A DNA stretch of 64,000 bases, from contig CAYPYS010000002.1 in the NCBI GenBank assembly GCA_964415355.1, forward strand, positions 8,048 to 72,047. Reading direction: 5' to 3'. This DNA is from an uncultured Planctomycetia bacterium (GTDB lineage Bacteria > Omnitrophota > Gorgyraeia > Gorgyraeales > Gorgyraeaceae). Positions within the stretch are counted from its first letter, which is position 1, and each line of letters begins with the position of its first letter. The position numbers and the translations under genes were made by a program. The notes under the pieces were generated by a model, which worked only from the letters and a program-made list of their open reading frames with translations, searched no databases and was not told where the DNA came from. Below, one piece after another: positions 56,805 to 64,000 of this stretch.

Positions 56805-57042
56805 ATAGTGTTCCTTTCTTTTTATCTTCATTATGATATAACAACAAAAAGCAACCCCGACATTATGCCAAGATTGCTTTATATTATAGAAATATTGACT
56901 TCTTTCCCACTCCCACCCCATTGTGGTTATTGTATATATGATACTACGTTAGGCTTATTGAGTCAAGGTGAGGCGTGTTATGTACTAAATGTGGATAGCG
57001 GAAGACAGTGAGTAAAGGTTAGGTTAACTGTGTAGATAGAAT

Positions 57043-59277
57043 TTATTTGGCATATAAATGTTTTCTAACCAGGTCAAAATCATCTAATGCATCATGCGGC
57101 ATTGCAGCGCCATATCTTTCTATAATAGCTATATACTCCTCCCTTGTATCTCCTTGGACATTATCAGCTATTATAAAAACCGTTCTTTCAGGGATTTCAA
57201 TGCGTTTTCTTATTTCATCTTCTTGAGTCTTGAAATATACAATAATGACCGGAACTTCGTGCGGAGAAATATTACTAATTCCATGTCTAATTTTTTCTAA
57301 TCCAGCTTCATCCGCTAATATGTTACCTTCAAATAAGCTTGCTCCATTAAATAAGACAGGAGTTGCTTCTATTAAAGAAGAAGCGTGTTTATCATATTGC
57401 AGCTCAATATCCTTTTGAACAAAAGCAAGAACCATGGCAGCAATAAGCATTGGCGTGACTTCTTCTTTCGCTACAAGTTCTTGCATTAAAGGCAATTCAG
57501 ATGGACTAAGACCGATATCGTTAAGAACCTCTTGCGGTAATTCAGATAGGTCTAAATCAAAACCTGCAAAGTCTGCTGGTGAAAATTCAAATAAGTTTAG
57601 ACCAAAGCCAGCCCTGTACGCATGCCCTCCGCCCCATCTTCCTTTAGGTCCATTTATACATAAGAAGCTGACATCGATTTCATCAAAATCAGATCTCCGC
57701 GCCAAAAGTACAGCCATGCTATTATCTTCTGCTATATAATAATGTACCAATACTCTGTTGCCAAACTGACCATTATCATTAAGAAGGCCGAATACTATCT
57801 TGTGCACGAGAAGGGTAACGTTACCTTTTTCTGCCGGAATTTTATAAAAATAAACCTTCCTGTTAGAAGCAAGGAATTCTTTTATAGAGCCATCAACCTC
57901 GTTCATGATACCTCTGGACCACTCAAAGAAATCATCTCCGAATCTCCTCTGCATCGTTTCTTCAAGCCCTCTCCTTAAATCTTCAAAGGAACCGCTAGAA
58001 GAGATAACCTGAATGATTTCTTTCATTGCTCCGCGCCTTTTCGCGAGTTCTTCCGGTTTCCAATTAAATAAATAAGTCCCGCATAGATTAAGTAGCCCTG
58101 AAACATGCCTAGCTTCTTCTGAATCAAGATCTTTGTTTAGACTTGGGAAATTTGAAGAAGAATAATCGGCGTAAAGAGACAGTTGTTTTAAGAAATGATA
58201 CCAAGGATCACCTTCTGTCTTCATCAGGTCTGCTTCAAATGCACCTGAAGCATAGCTATCAGGATCCGCTACTTCTCCGATAATAAGGTGGACATTTATA
58301 AGAAATATTTTATCTCTTTCGTATTTATCAATACAATTGTTAAATGTTCCGATGTTATTAGCAGCTATAAACTCCTTGCTCCATTTATGGTGATCCTGCA
58401 CAATGATAGTATCGAAACCAAAAGAATCGCTTAAACTGCCTCTTTTATATCTATCAGGCTCGGGAAGAAAAACATCCCCTACAAAAAGAGCCCTTTTACC
58501 CTTTAATTCTGAAAAATCAATCATCCTTTCATCTTCTTTATAGTGTGACAAAGGCAAAAGACATATATAAAGCTTCCCGTCGTGCCTCGCATCATTAGGG
58601 TCAGTGATGAATTCTACGTCTCTACCTTTGCCTCCTGCTTCATGAACCAGTCTGCGGTATACTGCTGCAGAAAAAGTAAAAGAATCTCCATCTATCGGTA
58701 TTTTTTGATTGTCATGGGGCGATATAACGACAATAGAATACTCATCAATAATTTTCTCTATCAAGTTGTCCAATAGCTGCTTTATCTTATTAAGATTACT
58801 AGCTTTATTTTCCCATTCATGCGCCAGATACTCTTCTGTTTCTATGACACCCTTGTCCCTATTCTGAATCCTGCGAAACTCACTTTCTTCTTTAGGCCAA
58901 AATAATCCATCTTTATATATTGCATAAGTATTTGTTTCAGCGTGATGTATCCAGGCATTTCCATGGACATCCTCTATCACTTGAAGATCTTCATCTTCTA
59001 TAAACTTAGATAACTCAGGGTCTTTTCTTAAACTTTCAAGAAACTGCTGAGGCGAAATGTTTGTTTTATTCTTCAGTATTTTTTGATAAGCGGCTGATAG
59101 TGATGCCCAGAAATATCTAGAGATTGTATTGCTATCACTATTATTAAAATCAAGCTCTTTTCTAAGATGGGTTTTATTGGATAACTCTATACCATAGACT
59201 GCAGCGTTAAAGAAAAGTACTCCAGCTGCAATTATTGATATAATTTTATAAGTTAAGGGTTTACTAAAGTTTTTCAT
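57043..59277 (-). CDS. Large exported protein with a DHH-like phosphoesterase
   Basis: Signal peptide; H..IDGDS, GD, QDHH, GGGH motifs. Confidence 0.65.
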   Translation of the reverse strand: MKNFSKPLTYKIISIIAAGVLFFNAAVYGIELSNKTHLRKELDFNNSDSNTISRYFWASLSAAYQKILKNKTNISPQQFLESLRKDPELSKFIEDEDLQVIEDVHGNAWIHHAETNTYAIYKDGLFWPKEESEFRRIQNRDKGVIETEEYLAHEWENKASNLNKIKQLLDNLIEKIIDEYSIVVISPHDNQKIPIDGDSFTFSAAVYRRLVHEAGGKGRDVEFITDPNDARHDGKLYICLLPLSHYKEDERMIDFSELKGKRALFVGDVFLPEPDRYKRGSLSDSFGFDTIIVQDHHKWSKEFIAANNIGTFNNCIDKYERDKIFLINVHLIIGEVADPDSYASGAFEADLMKTEGDPWYHFLKQLSLYADYSSSNFPSLNKDLDSEEARHVSGLLNLCGTYLFNWKPEELAKRRGAMKEIIQVISSSGSFEDLRRGLEETMQRRFGDDFFEWSRGIMNEVDGSIKEFLASNRKVYFYKIPAEKGNVTLLVHKIVFGLLNDNGQFGNRVLVHYYIAEDNSMAVLLARRSDFDEIDVSFLCINGPKGRWGGGHAYRAGFGLNLFEFSPADFAGFDLDLSELPQEVLNDIGLSPSELPLMQELVAKEEVTPMLIAAMVLAFVQKDIELQYDKHASSLIEATPVLFNGASLFEGNILADEAGLEKIRHGISNISPHEVPVIIVYFKTQEDEIRKRIEIPERTVFIIADNVQGDTREEYIAIIERYGAAMPHDALDDFDLVRKHLYAK

Positions 59278-59423
59278 AATGTAGGTAAAAAAATAGCCTC
59301 TCCTTTTTGACTATAAAGGAGAAAGGCTTGCCCTGGTTAATACTTAATCTTATCTTATTATATCATATATGGCTTATATCTCCAAGCCATCTCTTCTTAA
59401 ATTTAAGCTTTATCGGATCCGAT

Positions 59424-60779
59424 TTAATGCCGTTTGAAAGAAAATTTGGGCGTTACCTTTACCAGCTTGCCAGCTATTTCCAACACCGGATATGCAAGAA
59501 AGTTAATCGGACCTGAATCAGGGCCCGGCTCGATCGTAAGGTCCCTGCCGCGGCTGAGTTCGAAACGGTTTGCAGGATGATGTCCGAAGTAGTAGGTCGA
59601 AAGGCTCGAATACTTATCGGCCTCGGAAATATCGATAGGGCGCCACTTTTCTTCGGCATAGAACTCCACCCAACAGTGATAACCGTCTATTCCTCCATTA
59701 TTGCGTTCCGAAGGGATTGCCGCGCCTATAGCAAAGCGGGCTGGGATGCCAACAGCCCTTGCCAAAGATATAAAGTAAGCGTGAAAGTCAGTGCAGTTTC
59801 CTGTGCGGACATTGCATGCATAAACAGCGTCCCCCTTACCCCAGCCAGAGCCGTATTTCATGTAGCGCATGCGGTCGATGACGTGATCGTAAATGGCACG
59901 GGCTCGCACAAGGTTGCCCTTCTTGCCTTTGATAATTGTCTTGGCTATGTCTTTAAAATTTTCATCAATTGGGACGAGGCGGTCTGGCTCAAGACTTTTT
60001 TCCCGATCATCGGACTGCGGACTGTATGCGGATTTTTCAATGCGTTCTACCCGATAATGGATATCGATAGTCTTTGCGCTGTCTTCCGGCCCGAGCTCAA
60101 AGAAAAAAATCTTATTACCGTATTCGGTTTCCTCTAGTATGCGGTAATTTTTAGGTGAATCGATGCTGTCTATATTGACTTTCTGGAATGCGTCTGTTGC
60201 CGGAAAAGGAAGCCACATGCGGGCGATATCGCTTATCTCAGGAAGTTTTACTCTATATGTAAACTCAAACGCGTCTTGGCCCGTGATCACCCCGAGCAAT
60301 TGCGGTGCGGCGCCTTCTATGGGGACTCGTTTCCATGTGCCTCTCCAGTTTTGCTTCCACGCGTAGAACGGGATGCCGTTGAGCTTATGGAGGGTCGTCT
60401 CGGTTACAGTCATGGCGCCGGGGTCACCGGAAAGAAAAAAATCCATGTCATATACATCGCCGGATGTGTCTACCATGTCCACGCAGGCAAAATGGCGGCG
60501 CGGACCAAGGTTCGCCAGGTATTCAGTATGAACGCGTACCAGTTTAAACGAATGTTCCTTGTCGCTCGAGGAGAATTTAAAATAGCCTTCTCCTTGCACG
60601 GTCTGCTCTTCGATGTGTTTCTCTATGCCGGTTTGTATGTCCGATGTTACTACATTGGGCGTAGTTTTGCTTGCTTCTACCGGACTACACCCTTCAAGAG
60701 CAGCGCATAGTACGATTGCCACTGCTATTGTTATATGTCGAATGACAGCATATATTTCTAGCATATATTTTTGTAACAT
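59424..60779 (-). CDS. Transglutaminase-like protein
   Basis: GNCTDFH, YHCWVEFY, PID catalytic triad. Confidence 0.85.
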   Translation of the reverse strand: MLQKYMLEIYAVIRHITIAVAIVLCAALEGCSPVEASKTTPNVVTSDIQTGIEKHIEEQTVQGEGYFKFSSSDKEHSFKLVRVHTEYLANLGPRRHFACVDMVDTSGDVYDMDFFLSGDPGAMTVTETTLHKLNGIPFYAWKQNWRGTWKRVPIEGAAPQLLGVITGQDAFEFTYRVKLPEISDIARMWLPFPATDAFQKVNIDSIDSPKNYRILEETEYGNKIFFFELGPEDSAKTIDIHYRVERIEKSAYSPQSDDREKSLEPDRLVPIDENFKDIAKTIIKGKKGNLVRARAIYDHVIDRMRYMKYGSGWGKGDAVYACNVRTGNCTDFHAYFISLARAVGIPARFAIGAAIPSERNNGGIDGYHCWVEFYAEEKWRPIDISEADKYSSLSTYYFGHHPANRFELSRGRDLTIEPGPDSGPINFLAYPVLEIAGKLVKVTPKFSFKRH

Positions 60780-61008
60780 GTATATGACAGTGAAATCAAT
60801 CTTTATTCAGGGTGGTCTGACTTTGGATGATCATGCGAAGGATGTTCTGCCCCAGAGTGTTTTTCGCAGCCTACAAGAGACAAGCTGATAACTGTGCACA
60901 TGAGCGCAAGCAACAATAATTTTTTCATGTCTACCCCCTCTCTGTGTTGATCATATATATGATACTACTTTGGGTTTATCAAGTCAAGATGGGGAAAGCT
61001 CGGGGGAT

Positions 61009-64000
61009 CTATAGCGAGGTATCGGTAGGTTTAATATTTTCGATATGTCCAAATGGCTCAAATGTCATTGGGTTGACTAAAATATCTTCTACAAGAAATT
61101 TTTCTCCAGAATCAGTCACCTCGATCCTGTAGCTTCTAATCGGGTTTCTCAAGTTTGGATCTTCTGATCCCTCAGAAAAACCAAAGGTCTCGAGCAGCCA
61201 ATCCGAGGCTTTGATACCGGGCAGTAAGTTTCGTCTTATCATCTCTATTATAGTCGAAAGATTAAAATATCCTCTATTGCCTGCATAATCTGCCGGGCCT
61301 TTCAGCGCAACAGGCCTGCCGTCGTCTTCCCATGTTAGCCCTTCTACTGTAAATTCGCCTTGCACGTCAGGATTTCTATAGCCTATTTTTATCTCACTTT
61401 TGTCATCTGTTCTTACGATTCTTATAGGATAAGCCTCTCTGTCATTCCTTGTTTTATTATCTTCCGATCTTTGCCCTTCAAAAGAAATAATGCTAACGTC
61501 TCTTTCAGTTCTGAATGAAAACCTGCCTGTGCCTATAGAAATCTGAAATAAACGCTTATCGCCCGGGGCTGCGATGCCAGCTTCTATGCTTCTTTCCAAT
61601 GACTCATCGAAGTCTCTAAAAACACTTGATTCATGAAGATCGTAACCAGGCATCTCATCGCCATTAATAGATATGGTCCTGGTAATTTTTAATTTCGAGT
61701 CTTCTTCTAAAGGAATTATCTTTCCCTCTCTCCATTCATATCCAACTATATTGTCAGGATTAGCTATATCTTCGAACACAAGAAAACGAGCCTCATTTTC
61801 CCTGTCCCGGTAAATCCTTATCCTTCCTGGATGGGTCTCGTGCCACGATGGTAAATAAAGACGCCCGTGAAAATTTATGTATCTTTCTTTCTGCTCGTAA
61901 TCAACGCCAAACGTCTTATCCCTAAGATGTTGCGCTACAGCTAGCAATCTCTCTTTGCCCTGATCAAGTGGTATTGAAAATACAGTATCATAAAAATCAG
62001 AAAAAACAGGCATTAAAGTAAGCGTCAATGATGTCTTTCCTTCAATATCTGTCATATCTTCTGTAACCTTTTTTCCTGAAGGTCGAATATAAGTAAGTCT
62101 TAATATACCTTTTTCTTTGATGCACTCCAAGGTCAGCCTGTTTTTAGGATTTTTTATGTCCACAATATCTATTTTTGCCTCGTTTGAAATAGGTGTTTTT
62201 TGGGCAGATATTCGCACCCTTCCGTCTAGCTGACGCGGCAAGCGTATCCTTGCCCCGGCAAAAAGAAAATTCCTTCCAATCGTGATATTAGCCTTTCCGG
62301 AAAACTTTCCTATGCCATAATCAGAAGGATCAAGGTCGTTCGCTTGAAAATGTTTATATAATAATGCTACTGGATTACGGCTTATTCTCAAGCTTGGCAT
62401 AGCTTCTGCTGTTTCTCGTATATTAGGCGGTCTTTTTAATTGTTTTCTCAGTCTAGAAGCAATTCTTTTTATTTCGGAATCGAGCGCTTTTCTCGAATCC
62501 GGACCCCTTACTACTTTTACCAATATTCGACGGCCCTGTTCAAATATTGCCTCGTCAATATTCTTGACCTCGCCATCGACTATTTCAAAATATTCACCGC
62601 CTGCCCGCACATAAAAATTGTTATTATCCCCTATCCTTATCCGCTCCTGCAAATGATGCTCGGATTCATTGAATTCTTGCTTAATCTTTCTGTTTATAGT
62701 ATCAGCCTTAATGCCCGTAGCTTGAAGTTCCTGTATTCTTCGTATTACTATCAATCCCTTGGTCTTTGTTTTTATAGTAAGGATACCATCTTCTACTTCG
62801 AAGGAAATATTTATTAAGGCAGGATATTCTGTTAGAACTTTTTCTTTGCTGATACTTTTAATTCCATCTTCGTTTTTGTTAAAATCCAGGCAAGCTTGCA
62901 TGTACTCTTTGAATAAAAAAGGAGGCATGCTCTCGAAGTTCACTTCTCTAAAACCTTCTTTAGAGCTATCCCATAGGCCATAAAGAAGGCGTAATAAATA
63001 ATACATTTGCTCAAGATCAAGTTCTCGAAGATATTCAAATCCATTATCGAATCTGATATTTGACAGGAATTTATCAAATCTATCGTTCCAATCTAGGTCT
63101 AACTCGTCGTCGATAAAATTAAACGGGTTGTCACGATGGTAAGGGTTAGAATTCGCATGCTTTAGAAAGACTCCATAGAGCCTATAAAAATCTGTCCCAT
63201 TTTTAGTAATGTCATCGAGTATTTCTTTTCTTCTGCTTCCGGGAAGAGACGAATGGGCATTGAGAATCAAATCAACCACAGCTGCTAATCGAAGCGTGCT
63301 CATATATGCCTGTGACTCACCGATAATTATATTTTCTCCCGCAAGTTCTCTTTGCAAAACCGTTGCCTTGTTTATCCCGTTCAAGCAACTCATTGCCAAA
63401 GTAATTTCATCAGTTGTTAAGCTATCGGTTTCCGTTTGTAATTCAGAATGTAAATCTGCCAGGTCGGAAAGCACTCTTATTGGACCATTGTTATTTGGAT
63501 CGAAATATCTGCTTCCAGGGTATGGAATAGTTCTAAAAACAGAGGCCATATAAGAACCTGATTTCATCAAAAAATGTGCAGTCTTGATTATTGAACCAAA
63601 GCTCTGTCCGGGCAAGCCAACCTGTAAATATGAGACAACCACTATCCGGAGTTCTTCGGCAATTGCAATATTTTCAAGTACTTTGTCCATAGCAATTTTA
63701 GAGTCTTTGACGGCATTCATTAGTCCTTCATCTCCGCTTTCTATTCCCAAATATATCGTTGTAAGCCCAGAGTCCTTCATTGCTTCAAGCATTTCTCTGT
63801 CAAGCAAATCCGCTCTTGTGGTGCATGACCAGTAAAAATTATCACCTTCTTTCTCGGCTCGTAATTTATATTCTTTCATTATTGCTATGATTTGCATTGC
63901 TCTTTCTCTGACAAGGCTCCATGTTTCATCTCTGAATGAAAAAGCCCGGACACCCGTGCTATACAATTCCTCTATTTCTTGTCGCATAAGCTCAACGTCG
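61009..64000 (-). CDS. C-terminal part of a very large protein: radical-SAM (B12-type) barrel end plus long unknown region; runs off the window
   Basis: FRDETW, GIESG, GLPGQ, PYPGS; frame is open to the window edge. Confidence 0.7.
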   Translation of the reverse strand, partial: DVELMRQEIEELYSTGVRAFSFRDETWSLVRERAMQIIAIMKEYKLRAEKEGDNFYWSCTTRADLLDREMLEAMKDSGLTTIYLGIESGDEGLMNAVKDSKIAMDKVLENIAIAEELRIVVVSYLQVGLPGQSFGSIIKTAHFLMKSGSYMASVFRTIPYPGSRYFDPNNNGPIRVLSDLADLHSELQTETDSLTTDEITLAMSCLNGINKATVLQRELAGENIIIGESQAYMSTLRLAAVVDLILNAHSSLPGSRRKEILDDITKNGTDFYRLYGVFLKHANSNPYHRDNPFNFIDDELDLDWNDRFDKFLSNIRFDNGFEYLRELDLEQMYYLLRLLYGLWDSSKEGFREVNFESMPPFLFKEYMQACLDFNKNEDGIKSISKEKVLTEYPALINISFEVEDGILTIKTKTKGLIVIRRIQELQATGIKADTINRKIKQEFNESEHHLQERIRIGDNNNFYVRAGGEYFEIVDGEVKNIDEAIFEQGRRILVKVVRGPDSRKALDSEIKRIASRLRKQLKRPPNIRETAEAMPSLRISRNPVALLYKHFQANDLDPSDYGIGKFSGKANITIGRNFLFAGARIRLPRQLDGRVRISAQKTPISNEAKIDIVDIKNPKNRLTLECIKEKGILRLTYIRPSGKKVTEDMTDIEGKTSLTLTLMPVFSDFYDTVFSIPLDQGKERLLAVAQHLRDKTFGVDYEQKERYINFHGRLYLPSWHETHPGRIRIYRDRENEARFLVFEDIANPDNIVGYEWREGKIIPLEEDSKLKITRTISINGDEMPGYDLHESSVFRDFDESLERSIEAGIAAPGDKRLFQISIGTGRFSFRTERDVSIISFEGQRSEDNKTRNDREAYPIRIVRTDDKSEIKIGYRNPDVQGEFTVEGLTWEDDGRPVALKGPADYAGNRGYFNLSTIIEMIRRNLLPGIKASDWLLETFGFSEGSEDPNLRNPIRSYRIEVTDSGEKFLVEDILVNPMTFEPFGHIENIKPTDTSL

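Noticed and set aside
607-63835. Numerous short opposite-strand ORFs in the track
   Set aside because: They overlap well-supported genes and show no motifs or RBS

Overview
Bacterial chromosomal window, probably Ca. Omnitrophota/PVC-like (inferred from the porin types and very large secreted proteins), that spans the replication terminus. A XerCD dif-like site at 49562-49589 coincides with a switch from + strand to - strand genes. The first ~45 kb is a mosaic of unrelated housekeeping, envelope and c-di-GMP signalling genes. It is punctuated by 22 copies of a 37-bp palindrome (TAACTTTACATTTCAACAACGTTAAAGTGTAAAGTTA). Ten copies supply the upstream gene's TAA stop codon, and three carry hairpin inserts. 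There are three c-di-GMP-I riboswitches, one antisense to a diguanylate cyclase gene. The accessory region around dif (45-56 kb) holds a repeated module I do not recognise: promoter, GAAGG-loop hairpin plus terminator, variable cargo, a second GAAGG-loop hairpin plus RBS-sequestering stem, then a small hydrophobic 'YLPITINP' peptide. These modules sit next to a nucleotidyltransferase TA-like pair and a BglII/BstYI-type RM + Dam + ParB + HEPN-like locus. No tRNA, rRNA, CRISPR array, integrase or transposase was recognised. All calls are by eye; no searches were run.
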